Notes: generated by a model not told the origin, from the sequence alone. A DNA stretch of 64,000 nt from Halorutilales archaeon Cl-col2-1 (GCA_041891055.1 CP169074.1:640001-704000), one strand, 5' to 3'; shown: positions 19,045 to 28,983, numbered from the stretch's first letter. Made by a program: numbers and translations.

Positions 19045-20320
19045 GCTTCTGTATTACCTCTCTTGCCATAGACTCGGGGGGGACGTCGACCTCCGACAGA
19101 TCCTTGACTTCCATGTTGGCGCCGTACTCTCCGACGCTGACGTTTCCACGTGCCATCCACTCTCTTCCCACCATCTCGTCGGCTATCGCTTCCTCGACAA
19201 CAGACTGATCCATCGCCTCCCTCGCCTCTTCCTCGGCGTCTTCGAGACTTCCGCCGTAGACCTTCTCTGTCAGATCACGTCCGAGAACGAGAGTGAGTGC
19301 CCCGGTTCCGTCGTCGAGAACCGCCTTAGTACGCATGTCGGAGACACCCTCGACTTCCCCATGCGCCCTGCACTGCCCCTTCTGTATCACTCTGCCACAT
19401 TCGGGACATCTCTTTATTATACCAGAACCGTCCTTAACTGAGATAACGGTTCCCGTGACTGCGACGTCGAAGGCTCCCCCGTCCTCGACAGCCTCCCTCA
19501 CGGTGACTTCCGAGGTTTCGTCGTCGACTTCGACTTGGGTCTCTGCCTCCTCAACGGCTGTATACTCTCCCATGTTTATCTGAGGCACGCCGCGGTACTC
19601 GTTGACGTAGGCATTCTCGACTCTCAAGGAATCATCCTCTTCGAAGTCGCGGTTCTCCCAGTCGGTGAAAGGTAGCCGTCCCGACGCGTCGGCGAGGACA
19701 CCCGACTTTATACGTGTCTCACCCTCACGTCCGTCTATCGTCCTCTCCTCCGACTCGACGACGGCTGCTTCGAGATCGACGGCGCGGTCGCCCTCTCTTA
19801 GGTCGGCGATATCACGGACTCCATGAGTCCCGTACTCAGTCTCAATGTTCTCAGCGTCCTCGACACGTGTCTCGTTCCCGAGGTTTATCTGTCTCTCACC
19901 GTTCCACTCGCGGACATCGGATCCCTCTATACGTACGGTGTCACCGGCTGAGAGACCGAAGTCATCCCAAGCCGTGAACTTGATGACGTCGGTCTCGTCG
20001 GCTATCTCTCCCTCGAATATTGTGTTCGCGTCGCCTCCCGATCGTATGCTACGTCTTCCGACACTCAGAACCATCCCCTCGACAGTGACTCCTTGATCCT
20101 CGGTACTGAGTTCATCTATCCCCATCGGCTCAGACGCGGCTTCGTCTGTGGAGTCGGACGAGGAGTCGGTGGAGTATCTACGTCTGAGAGTCTTCTTAGC
20201 TTCGTCTATCGGAACGCTGTACTCGACGAGATTCCGGAGTCTCTCCTCGACCTCGTCGGCGTCGGCATCGAGACTCTCGGCGAGTTCGCGCGCGTGTCTC
20301 GAAACATCCGTCCCATTCAT
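19037..20320 (-). CDS. rpa: Replication protein A / ssDNA-binding protein with OB folds and a Zn finger
   Basis: Three OB folds (IADETD..FTAW; LADASG..PFTDW; LDDGTG) and CPECGR...CRAHG. Confidence 0.9.
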   Translation of the reverse strand: MNGTDVSRHARELAESLDADADEVEERLRNLVEYSVPIDEAKKTLRRRYSTDSSSDSTDEAASEPMGIDELSTEDQGVTVEGMVLSVGRRSIRSGGDANTIFEGEIADETDVIKFTAWDDFGLSAGDTVRIEGSDVREWNGERQINLGNETRVEDAENIETEYGTHGVRDIADLREGDRAVDLEAAVVESEERTIDGREGETRIKSGVLADASGRLPFTDWENRDFEEDDSLRVENAYVNEYRGVPQINMGEYTAVEEAETQVEVDDETSEVTVREAVEDGGAFDVAVTGTVISVKDGSGIIKRCPECGRVIQKGQCRAHGEVEGVSDMRTKAVLDDGTGALTLVLGRDLTEKVYGGSLEDAEEEAREAMDQSVVEEAIADEMVGREWMARGNVSVGEYGANMEVKDLSEVDVPPESMAREVIQKHE

Positions 20321-20471
20321 CAAGTTGAAATGGTGTTTGTGGGTTAAAAGCCTTGTTCAGACCAGACCGAGACGTCCTAGCCCGAAGCCATCAGAGACAC
20401 ATGGAATTCATCCACAACTCGGTGGGTTCACCGTTAGATTTATTAGTAGTCAGCCTCGGAATACGGAGGGT

Positions 20472-22871
20472 ATGGGTGGAGTGATTCTAGGTAAGATTAG
20501 GCAGAGCTACGGTCTAAAATTACTCGTGTCATTCTTTCTGATACTCGGATTGATAGGCGGCATAGGCGGATATATGTATCTCGACTCGAAGGCGACACTG
20601 ACTCAGGACGCTAACCAGAAGATGGAGACGACTGCGGAGCTACATTCGAGTCAGATGGAGAGCTGGATAACGTCGTCACGGCAGCAGGCTCGTATGATCT
20701 CGGAGTCGGAGCACGTATCGACGGGAAATAGACAGGAAGTTAAGACATACGTCGACGGTCTAGTTGAGGACGACGAGACTGTTCAGGGGACTAGAGCAAT
20801 ACATTACATAGATACAGAGACTACTGAGATACTCACGAGCAGCCTCGACGGGAGGATAGGTGGTAATCCGCGACAGGAGGGTGCACCCTGGGCTCAGGAA
20901 GACCTGACACAGCTTGAGACTGATGAAGTCAAGATATCGGCGTTCAAGCCGGAAGTGGCTAATGCCACAGTAATGACGTTCGTAACCCCTGTCCCCGACG
21001 GAGAGAACCGTGGCATAGTTCTAGTCACGAGTATAAGTGAGGTAGCTAAGGGTCTCGAACAGCCCGTGGATTCGAGTGGTACGAAGATAGTCTCCTCCGA
21101 GGGGCGTGTCATGCTCAGTCAGAAAAATCCCAACTCTGTCGGGACTCAGAACACCGAGGAGGAGGGTGTGAGTTCTGACGCCGTGGCAAGTGCGCTTGAC
21201 GGTAACACGGGCGTAATCCAGGCTGACGGTGAGACAGTAGTTATGGGATATTCACCCATCGAATCTCTCAACTGGGCAGTGGTTACACACGCTCCGTCAT
21301 CGAGTCTCCTCTCGGTACAACAGAGCGTTTCGATGGGGATACTCGGAATACTCGTCTCCGCGGTGTTCGGAATGGGACTCATAGGGGTCACAATAGGACG
21401 TAACACACTCAGTTCCGTCAAGACGCTCTCCTCGAAAGCCGAGGAGATAGAGGACGGAAATCTCGACGCTGATCTTAGCTCCGACAGAAAAGACGAGATA
21501 GGCGGGCTTTTCTCGTCGTTCGACAGCATGAGGTCGTCTCTCAAGGAGAAGATAGACGAGGCAGAGAACGCGAAGGAGGAAGCAGAGACGCAGAAGGAAG
21601 AGGCAGAGGAGGCGAAGAGGGAAGCCGAGGAGATGAGACAGCATCTCGAAGACAAAGCCCAGGAGTACGAAAACGTCATGTCAAAGGTTGCCGACGGCGA
21701 CCTCACCCTCAGAATGAACTCCGACAGCCAGAGTGACGCCATGAACTCAATCGCTCAAGGCTTCAACTCAATGGTCAACGACTGGGAAAACGTCATCAGC
21801 GAAATCCGTAGCTTCGCCGACGAAGTCGCCGAGTCGAGCGAACAGGTCACTGCCTCAAGCGAAGAGGTCAAAACCGCCAGCCAGCAGGTCTCCGAATCAA
21901 TTCAGGAAATCGCCGACGGTGCCAACAGCCAAAACCAAAAACTCGACGACGTCTCTAACGAAATGAGCGACCTCTCGGCGACAATAGAGGAAATAGCGTC
22001 GTCAGCGGACAACGTCGCTCAAAAATCAAAGGAAACCGCCGAAATCGGCGAATCCGGCAAAAACGCCGCCTCCAACGCCATCGACGAAATGAACTCCATA
22101 GAGTCCAAAGCCGACAAAACCTCCGACGAAATCAAAGCTCTCGACGACAGGATGAAAGAAATCGGCAATATCGTCAACGTCATCACTGATATCGCCGAAC
22201 AGACCAACATTCTCGCCCTCAACGCCAACATAGAAGCCGCAAGAGCTGGCTCCGGCGGCGACGACGCTGGCGAAGGCTTCGGTGTCGTCGCCAACGAGGT
22301 CAAAAGCCTCGCCGAGGAAACTAAAGAGTCCGCCGAGGAAATCGAATCCATAATCGACGAAGTACAGAACCAAACCTCAACCGCCGTCGACGACATGAAC
22401 GAGATGGAAGACAGAATCTCCGATGGCTCCAACGCTGTTAGCGACGCTGTCGACGCGCTAGAGGAAATCGTCGAAAACGTCAACGAAACTAACACCGGCG
22501 TCCAGGAAATCTCTGGCGCTACTGACGACCAAGCCGACTCAACTCAAGAAGTCGTCTCTATGGTCGATGACATCGCCAGCGTCTCCGAAGAAACCTCCTC
22601 ACAGTCCGAAAACGTCGCCGCCTCCGCCGAAGAACAAACCTCCGCTCTCAACGAAGTCTCCCAAAACGCCTCTAAACTCTCTGATAGAGCAGAGAGGCTG
22701 AACGATCTCCTCGGAGAGTTCGAGGTCGAGGCTGGTGGCAGTAGTCAAGACATCGAAGAAAACGTGGACGTGACAGACGTAACAGACACCGAGACAGAAG
22801 ATAGCTGGGGATCGGCAGAGACAGAAGCAGCCGACTCCGGGGTCTCAGCAGACGGGAGAGGCGACGACTAA
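20472..22871 (+). CDS. Methyl-accepting chemotaxis protein (Htr) with Cache-like sensor domain and HAMP domains
   Basis: Two TMs, DEIGGL HAMP, IAEQTNILALNANIEAARAG...GFGVVANEVKSLAEE hairpin tip. GGAGG precedes ATG 20472. Confidence 0.93.
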   Translation: MGGVILGKIRQSYGLKLLVSFFLILGLIGGIGGYMYLDSKATLTQDANQKMETTAELHSSQMESWITSSRQQARMISESEHVSTGNRQEVKTYVDGLVEDDETVQGTRAIHYIDTETTEILTSSLDGRIGGNPRQEGAPWAQEDLTQLETDEVKISAFKPEVANATVMTFVTPVPDGENRGIVLVTSISEVAKGLEQPVDSSGTKIVSSEGRVMLSQKNPNSVGTQNTEEEGVSSDAVASALDGNTGVIQADGETVVMGYSPIESLNWAVVTHAPSSSLLSVQQSVSMGILGILVSAVFGMGLIGVTIGRNTLSSVKTLSSKAEEIEDGNLDADLSSDRKDEIGGLFSSFDSMRSSLKEKIDEAENAKEEAETQKEEAEEAKREAEEMRQHLEDKAQEYENVMSKVADGDLTLRMNSDSQSDAMNSIAQGFNSMVNDWENVISEIRSFADEVAESSEQVTASSEEVKTASQQVSESIQEIADGANSQNQKLDDVSNEMSDLSATIEEIASSADNVAQKSKETAEIGESGKNAASNAIDEMNSIESKADKTSDEIKALDDRMKEIGNIVNVITDIAEQTNILALNANIEAARAGSGGDDAGEGFGVVANEVKSLAEETKESAEEIESIIDEVQNQTSTAVDDMNEMEDRISDGSNAVSDAVDALEEIVENVNETNTGVQEISGATDDQADSTQEVVSMVDDIASVSEETSSQSENVAASAEEQTSALNEVSQNASKLSDRAERLNDLLGEFEVEAGGSSQDIEENVDVTDVTDTETEDSWGSAETEAADSGVSADGRGDD

Positions 22872-22874
22872 GTA

Positions 22875-23726
22875 TTACCGTGAACTCGGCTCCGCCTTGT
22901 CGGAGTCCATCCCCGAACCCGCGGTTGAGGCGGGCTCTGTGTCTTGTTTTTCCTCGTTGAGATCCGACCGAGACCTCTCGACATCGGCGTAACTTCTTAT
23001 CGCCCTCAGGAAGTCTATCTTCCGGAACGCAGGCCAGTAAGGATCACAGAAGTAGACAGCCGACTCGCTCCCCTTCGCCTGCCACGGCAGGAAGTTCGAG
23101 AGACGCTCTTCGCCCCCCGTCCTTATCATGAGATCGACGTCGTTCGACTTCGGAGTGTAGACATACTCGGAGACAGTATCGATGTCTATCTCGTCGGGTT
23201 CGAGGTCTCCGTCTTCCACCTCTCTGAGAACCTCACGCGAAGCTCTGAGTAGCTCGTCGCGTCCTCCGTATCCGACTGCGACGTTGAGATGGAACTCGTC
23301 GTACTCGCTCGTCTTCTCCTCCGCTTCTCTTATAGCTCCCTCGACCCTGTCAGGGAGACGTCCGAGGTCGCCCACAGCACGTATACGTATCTCGTTCGAG
23401 TGTATACGTTTGTCTTCGGCGAGTTCGAGGAACTTCTCCTCCATGAGGTCGAAAAGTGAGTCGAGTTCGTTCTCGGGACGTCGGAAGTTTTCTGTCGAGA
23501 ATGTGTAGAGGGTGACCTCCTTCACGCCGATTTCGGACGCCCAGTCGAGTAGCTCCTCCGCCTTCTCGGCTCCGTGTTTGTGACCTTCTTCCGGCGGCTT
23601 TCCGTTCGCCGTCGCGAAACGTCTGTTACCGTCCTGTATCACGGCTATGTGTTCGGGAATCCTCTCACCATCAATCTGACGTCTCAGGAAGAACTCGTAG
23701 ACCCTGTTGGCGACTTTCCTCATCAT
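22875..23726 (-). CDS. uppS: cis-prenyltransferase (undecaprenyl/dolichol diphosphate synthase family)
   Basis: HIAVIQDGNRR, YTFSTENF, YGGRDE and IRTGGEERLSNFLPWQ motifs. Confidence 0.92.
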   Translation of the reverse strand: MMRKVANRVYEFFLRRQIDGERIPEHIAVIQDGNRRFATANGKPPEEGHKHGAEKAEELLDWASEIGVKEVTLYTFSTENFRRPENELDSLFDLMEEKFLELAEDKRIHSNEIRIRAVGDLGRLPDRVEGAIREAEEKTSEYDEFHLNVAVGYGGRDELLRASREVLREVEDGDLEPDEIDIDTVSEYVYTPKSNDVDLMIRTGGEERLSNFLPWQAKGSESAVYFCDPYWPAFRKIDFLRAIRSYADVERSRSDLNEEKQDTEPASTAGSGMDSDKAEPSSR

Positions 23727-23828
23727 CAGTATCTTATCTGTCTGTTCTGTCTAAGAAAGCTCGTCTTATTAATTCACGGGAATAGAACAAATACGAACGG
23801 GCTCACTCCTCCTTACAGTCGTCGTTGT

Positions 23829-23884
23829 ACGGGCCGGGAGGGATTCGAACTTTGGTCATTGCATTCCCGAGTTCGAATCCTTCC
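23829..23884. repeat. Duplicated tRNA-Lys 3' fragment plus an inverted partial copy (hairpin)
   Basis: ACGGGCCGGGAGGGATTCGAAC (23829-23850) is identical to 23895-23916; GTTCGAATCCTTCC (23871-23884) is a 13/14 inverted copy. Confidence 0.8.
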
Positions 23885-23895
23885 TGAGAGTTAAA

Positions 23896-23970
23896 CGGGC
23901 CGGGAGGGATTCGAACCCTCGGTCATCTGGTTAAGAGCCAGACGCTTTAACCGGACTAAGCTACCGGCCC
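23896..23970 (-). tRNA. tRNA-Lys (anticodon CTT), no intron
   Basis: Reverse complement GGGCCGGTAGCTTAGTCCGGTTAAAGCGTCTGGCTCTTAACCAGATGACCGAGGGTTCGAATCCCTCCCGGCCCG folds as a cloverleaf with anticodon loop CT-CTT-AA and T-loop GTTCGAATC. Confidence 0.95.
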
Positions 23971-24089
23971 ACTGCGTTTCTAACTTTGACGGGGTATTCT
24001 TTATAGGTTGTGATTCGAACTCGGGGATGCAGTCCCCGACGACAGCCCCATGAAAAGCTTCTTACGTCGGTATTTCAAATCTGTTATGC

Positions 24090-24779
24090 ATGCCAGAACT
24101 GGAAAGAAGACCTCCTGTTAAACACGAGGCGGTAGCAGTCCTTAAGATACTCGGTCTTGAGGGTGGTGTCGAGAGGGAAGTCAAGACTTCGTGTAGCGGT
24201 CTCGGAGAGAGGATCGGCACGAGCGACCAGACTGTTTCGCGGAGGCTCCAGTCCCTCGAAAGCTCCGATCTCATAGACCGTGAGATGGCGGCTGACGGAC
24301 AGTGGATCGAGATCACAGACGAGGGTGAGAGAGTCCTGAGGAACGAGTACGAGGAGTACAGGAGGATCTTCGAGGACGCTACGACTGTCGACCTCACGGG
24401 CGAGGTCGTGAGCGGAATGGGTGAGGGCGAGTACTACATCTCACTCGACGGATACCAGAGACAGTTTCAGGAGAAGCTCGGATACGAGCCCTTCCCGGGC
24501 ACTCTCAACATAGAGCTCGATGACGACAGCGTGAGGGCGAGATCAGCGGTCAACAATGCCGACGGAATTCTGATAGAGGAGTGGGAGAACGAAGAGAGAA
24601 CCTTCGGCGCTCTGACGTGTTACGAGGCTGAGATCGGCGGCGTCGACGGACATCTAGTGAAGCCTCATAGGTCACATTACCCAGAGGACATGGCGGAGGT
24701 CATAGCCCCCGTGAAGCTGAGGGACGAACTCGGACTCGAAGACGGCGACGGCATAACTGTGGAGGTGAAGCTGAGATGA
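24090..24779 (+). CDS. ribK: CTP-dependent riboflavin kinase with N-terminal wHTH (RbkR type)
   Basis: SDQTVSRRL HTH; GEVVSGMGEG, LGYEPFPGTLN and EVIAPVKLR motifs. Confidence 0.9.
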   Translation: MPELERRPPVKHEAVAVLKILGLEGGVEREVKTSCSGLGERIGTSDQTVSRRLQSLESSDLIDREMAADGQWIEITDEGERVLRNEYEEYRRIFEDATTVDLTGEVVSGMGEGEYYISLDGYQRQFQEKLGYEPFPGTLNIELDDDSVRARSAVNNADGILIEEWENEERTFGALTCYEAEIGGVDGHLVKPHRSHYPEDMAEVIAPVKLRDELGLEDGDGITVEVKLR

Positions 24780-25450
24780 TTTCCGAGGCAGTCGACGACC
24801 TGAGGGAGGGAAAGCCCGTCTTAGTATACGACTTCGACGACAGAGAGGCTGAGACCGACATAGTCTACGCCGCCGAGAAGGTCGATCACGACGACATAGC
24901 ACGTCTCAGGAACGACGCAGGGGGTCTGATCTGTACGGCTATACATCCCGAAGCCGCTGAGAGACTCGGTCTTCCGTTCATAGCCGACGTCCTCCAGGAC
25001 AATCCGCTAGTCGAGGAGGCGGGCGACCTTGGGTACGACAGCCGTTCGTCGTTCTCTCTCTGGGTCAACCACAAGTCGAACTACACCGGAATTACCGACA
25101 AAGACCGCGCGAAGACTGCGCGTAAGCTCTCGGAAGCCGTCGGGTCTTCGCTCTCGGAGTCGGCGTCGGAGGAGAGTCTGAGTATCGAGGAGGAGTTCCG
25201 CACGCCGGGACATATGGCTGTTCTCAGAGCCGACGAGGATCTCTTGGAAGGCAGACAGGGACAGACAGAGATGAGTGTGAAGCTCGTCGATGAGGCGGGT
25301 CTGACACCCGCGGCAGTAATCTGTGAGATGCTCGACGACGAGACGGGTGAGGCTCTATCGAAGGAGGACGCGAAGAGATACGCAGACGAGAACGGTCTCA
25401 CTTTCGTCGAGGGAAGACAGTTAGTCGAGGTCGCCGACGCCGAGTCTTAG
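24776..25450 (+). CDS. ribB: 3,4-dihydroxy-2-butanone-4-phosphate synthase
   Basis: YDFDDREAETD, DAGGLIC, TGITDKDRA, FRTPGH and CEMLDD motifs; ATGA overlap with ribK. Confidence 0.92.
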   Translation: MISEAVDDLREGKPVLVYDFDDREAETDIVYAAEKVDHDDIARLRNDAGGLICTAIHPEAAERLGLPFIADVLQDNPLVEEAGDLGYDSRSSFSLWVNHKSNYTGITDKDRAKTARKLSEAVGSSLSESASEESLSIEEEFRTPGHMAVLRADEDLLEGRQGQTEMSVKLVDEAGLTPAAVICEMLDDETGEALSKEDAKRYADENGLTFVEGRQLVEVADAES

Positions 25451-25487
25451 TCGAGTGGTTGATCTGAGTTCTGGTTTCTATTCTGCT

Positions 25488-26609
25488 TCACAGCCCTGCG
25501 ACGTCCTCGATAGCGTCGGTGAGCTTCTTGATCGAGTCGACGTCGTGCTCTCCCATATGTCCGATCCTGAAGGTCTTCTCGCCGAGGGTCGACCCGTAGC
25601 CGTTCGAGAACACCATGTCGTACTTCTCGGAGACCTCCTCGATAGTCGCGGCGACATCGATCCCGTGTGTGTTCTCGATACAGCCGACTGTCTGTGACTC
25701 GTATCCCTCCTCGGGGAAGATCTCGAAGTGGTCGCGTGCCCAGTCGCGTGTGTACTCAGCCATCTCGCGGTGTCTCTCGTCACGAGCCTCGTGTCCCTCT
25801 TCGAGCATGTGCTTCATCTGTTTCCGGTAGGCGAGCATCACGGGGATTGCGGGCGTCGAGTGGGTCTGACCCTTCCTGTCGTAGTAGTCGAGCGACCTCT
25901 GGAAGCCGCCGTACCACGACGCCGAGTCCTTCTCGACCTCACGTTCGTATGCTTCGTCGTTGACGACACAGACACCGAGTCCGGGGGGCATGGCGAACGC
26001 CTTCTGGACAGAAGTGAATATGACGTCGATTCCGTGTGCATCGATGTCGACGTAGTCGCCTCCGAGAGACGAGACAGCGTCGACTATGAAGTAGGTGTCA
26101 GGGTACTCGTCGACGACGTCGCCTATCTCCTCTATCGGGTTACGGACTCCCGTAGAGCTCTCGTTCATCACGCACGTGACTGCGTCGTACTCCTTGTCGC
26201 TCGTTTCGAGTGCCTCGCGGACGTCTTCGGGCTTGACAGCCTGACCCCAGTCGTACTCTAAGGTATCGACGTTCTTCCCGAGACGCTCAGCGACGTTCGC
26301 CTGTCTCTCGCTGAAGCTACCACACGTCGTACACAGGACGTCGTCGTCGACTAAGTTGAGTACTGAGCTCTCCATGAACTCGGTTCCCGAACCCGTGAGG
26401 ATGATGACGTTGTGTTCGGTGCCGAGGAACTCCTTCGTGTCCTCGACTATTGTCGTGTAGAGGTCGGTCATACGATCCATACGGTGACCGAACATCGGCT
26501 GACACATCTCTTCGATTACGTCTTCACGTACCTCGGTCGGTCCTGGTATGTACAGCGTCTTATTGGGGTAGTCGTCCTTGTATTCGCGTTTCTGAGTCAC
26601 GTAATCCAC
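25488..26609 (-). CDS. Class V PLP-dependent aminotransferase (serine-pyruvate/alanine-glyoxylate type)
   Basis: LYIPGPTEV, NESSTGV, VDAVSS, SVQKAFAMPPG (PLP lysine) and FRIGHMG. Confidence 0.9.
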   Translation of the reverse strand: MDYVTQKREYKDDYPNKTLYIPGPTEVREDVIEEMCQPMFGHRMDRMTDLYTTIVEDTKEFLGTEHNVIILTGSGTEFMESSVLNLVDDDVLCTTCGSFSERQANVAERLGKNVDTLEYDWGQAVKPEDVREALETSDKEYDAVTCVMNESSTGVRNPIEEIGDVVDEYPDTYFIVDAVSSLGGDYVDIDAHGIDVIFTSVQKAFAMPPGLGVCVVNDEAYEREVEKDSASWYGGFQRSLDYYDRKGQTHSTPAIPVMLAYRKQMKHMLEEGHEARDERHREMAEYTRDWARDHFEIFPEEGYESQTVGCIENTHGIDVAATIEEVSEKYDMVFSNGYGSTLGEKTFRIGHMGEHDVDSIKKLTDAIEDVAGL

Positions 26610-26683
26610 CTAGTAGGGTAGAGTCTGTAACGCTGCGACATGGTACTTTTGATTCAGAATAAAATGAGAGGGTCGAGAGTGTC

Positions 26684-27151
26684 TCAGTCGTCGTCTGAGT
26701 CTTCGAGTATCTTCTTCGTCTTCGAGTGCCTGTACCTGAAAAAGCCCTTAAGCTGGAGCTTCACGAACGAGTTGGGTATCTTCCCCGACTCGTACTCGAC
26801 GGTGTCCCTCATTACTGTTCCGCCGTCGGATCTCTCGAAGCCGTGTGTGTGTCTCCATTTCTCGAAGGGTCCACGTTCCATCTCGTCGACGAAGAAGGCT
26901 CTTCCCTCGTCGAAGTCGGACTCGCGCTCGACTATTGTCGAAGTCCAAGAGACTCGTAGGAGACCTAACGGCTTGACCGAGAGACGGATCTCCGAGCCCT
27001 CGGTGAGTTCGTCGGCGTCACCGTTCTCGACTTCGAGAAGACGGAGGTTCATCCAGCCGGGTGTCAGACGTTTGAGACCCTCGACTCCCGAGTGGAACTC
27101 CCAGACGTCTTCGAGGGGCGCGTCGATGTATGTCTCGGACTCGAACTCCAT
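26684..27151 (-). CDS. SRPBCC/polyketide-cyclase-fold protein
   Basis: IDAPLEDVWEFH...LTP, FVDEMERGPF..WRHTH and F.YRH motifs. Confidence 0.8.
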   Translation of the reverse strand: MEFESETYIDAPLEDVWEFHSGVEGLKRLTPGWMNLRLLEVENGDADELTEGSEIRLSVKPLGLLRVSWTSTIVERESDFDEGRAFFVDEMERGPFEKWRHTHGFERSDGGTVMRDTVEYESGKIPNSFVKLQLKGFFRYRHSKTKKILEDSDDD

Positions 27152-27257
27152 ACACGACATACGGCTTCGAGAGGTATTAGATTGGGTGGTGGGAAACACG
27201 AGAGAGATAGAAGGATCTTGGAAAGCTTTACTTCAGCGCGCTCACAGAAACACGTAG

Positions 27258-28166
27258 ATGGGCAGACCCACAGTACATATCATACCGGTCGGGTTCGACT
27301 ACGACCGTCTCATAGCTCCGCTTATAAGGGACAAGCTCGACGTCGACCGCGTGATTCTCCTTCAGGGGTCGGTCGGGAGCGAGGAGAACGTCGAGTACTC
27401 GAAGAAGGTCGCGGCGAAGCTTGAGGAGGACTTCGAGTCGCTCCTCGACGCCGAGACTGAACGCGTGACACTCGAAAACGTATACGACTACCAGGAGATA
27501 TTCGCGCGCGCATACGGTCTGATACTCGACGAGTTCACATCGGGAAGAGAGGTCTACGTCAACGTAAGCGCGATGCCACGTACTGTCTCTTTCGGGTTCA
27601 CGACTGCGGCACACGCCGTCATAGTCGAGGAGGACGAGGCGAGAGAGCACATACACACCTACTACACCGCCCCCGAGAAGTACCTCGAAACAGATCTCGC
27701 CGAGGAGCTTCAGGAGATGGTTCATCTCCTCAGACGTCTCAAGAATGAGGGTCTAACAGACAGCGTCGAGTCGGACCTCGACGAGAGGTTCGCGGAGGCA
27801 AACGACCTACTCGACGAGTTCGACGAGCGCGGTACCACGGTCGGAGCGAAGAGCTTCGACGGCTCACACATAATAGAGATACCCGTCGCTCCTCTGAGCA
27901 AGATAAAGCCGTTCGAGCGCGTCATACTCTTCAAGCTACACGAGGAGGGAGTTGTCAAGTCGGTTAGCGAACTCGCCGACCATCTCGCCGACGACCTCGA
28001 CGAGGAGTACACCGACTCGTTCCGGTCGAAGGTTATCTACAACACTCGGTCTCTGCGCGAGAAGGGCTACATACTACAGGAGGAGTCGGGGAAGAGCCAC
28101 GAGACGCGTCTGTCGAGACTCGGTGAGCTATGGGTCGAGTCACACAGACACGACACTGAGACATAG
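27258..28166 (+). CDS. Putative transcription regulator, HFX_2341/DUF6293-like (Rossmann-like N-domain plus wHTH)
   Basis: VHIIPVGFDYDRL, VYVNVSAMPR, YYTAPEKY; C-terminal SVSELA...TRLSRLGELW wHTH. Confidence 0.75.
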   Translation: MGRPTVHIIPVGFDYDRLIAPLIRDKLDVDRVILLQGSVGSEENVEYSKKVAAKLEEDFESLLDAETERVTLENVYDYQEIFARAYGLILDEFTSGREVYVNVSAMPRTVSFGFTTAAHAVIVEEDEAREHIHTYYTAPEKYLETDLAEELQEMVHLLRRLKNEGLTDSVESDLDERFAEANDLLDEFDERGTTVGAKSFDGSHIIEIPVAPLSKIKPFERVILFKLHEEGVVKSVSELADHLADDLDEEYTDSFRSKVIYNTRSLREKGYILQEESGKSHETRLSRLGELWVESHRHDTET

Positions 28167-28169
28167 ATA

Positions 28170-28892
28170 TCATATATATAGTGACGGCAGAAGTCCCACT
28201 ACTACCACGAACTCAATCAGGTTGTTGAGGAAATGCATCAGCCACGCTCCTGTCAGACTGTCGTACCTGAGACGGAGCCAGGTCAGGAGTAAACCCAAGA
28301 GTAAGGCGTTTATGACCCCCGCGACACCTGCTGTGAAGACATGTATCAGACCGAAGACGAGTAATGAAATCACCCCAGCCGTGGCTTGGGTGTGTCCCCG
28401 TTCGAGTAGTATTCCGAGTAACAGACCGCGGAAAAGAAGCTCCTCGGCTACTGGAGCCACAACCACAGCCACCAGAAACACCGACACGGCTTCGGGAGTC
28501 GAAGAGAATGCCGGAGGAGTATACCGACTGACACCGAGGACATCCGAGAGAAGAGTCGTAGTCCGCCATCCGACCGCCACACCTAACACTGTTGCTAAGA
28601 CTCCTGCAACGGTCTCAGACCTCGAAGGACGTCTCGCAGCCCTAATAGCTTCCCAGACATCGTCGCTGACACGTAGATACACGGCTACGAGGGTTCCGAC
28701 GTTAGCGACTCCGTAAACTACGGTAGGGAGCTTCGAGAAGATCCGTGTGTCGTCTCCTCCGTTGACCGTATAGACGAGGGTGACAGCCACTAATGTCACG
28801 ACGATGGGAGCGAGTGGTACGGCTGCCCACCGTGTCCCGAGTTGTGAGAGGGGAGTGACAGTCCTCTCAAGACGCTCTTGGGAGGCAAGCAT
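28170..28892 (-). CDS. CPBP intramembrane metalloprotease
   Basis: APVAEELLFRG, FGLIH and HFLNN motifs; ATG at 28892. Confidence 0.8.
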   Translation of the reverse strand: MLASQERLERTVTPLSQLGTRWAAVPLAPIVVTLVAVTLVYTVNGGDDTRIFSKLPTVVYGVANVGTLVAVYLRVSDDVWEAIRAARRPSRSETVAGVLATVLGVAVGWRTTTLLSDVLGVSRYTPPAFSSTPEAVSVFLVAVVVAPVAEELLFRGLLLGILLERGHTQATAGVISLLVFGLIHVFTAGVAGVINALLLGLLLTWLRLRYDSLTGAWLMHFLNNLIEFVVVVGLLPSLYI

Positions 28893-28983
28893 CCCATCTA
28901 AGGAGTATAAGAGGAGAGTCACAAAACTTCCGGGTCTACCGAGGCACAGATTATATAAATTAGTCAGGACAATTCCGTCCGAA

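Noticed and set aside
20148-20471. N-terminal extensions in the ORF track (MCP; likewise polB, E1-beta, enoyl-CoA hydratase, GMC and the CPBP at 29165)
   Set aside because: They overlap neighbouring genes or promoter regions; downstream starts fit the domain boundaries better.
22026-22373. Antisense Gly/Phe-rich ORF inside the MCP gene
   Set aside because: It is a shadow of the C/A-biased codons on the sense strand and has no independent coding features.
23829-23970. Provirus or genomic island at tRNA-Lys
   Set aside because: The duplicated ends are only 66 bp apart, with no integrase or cargo between them; kept only as a scar or structure finding.
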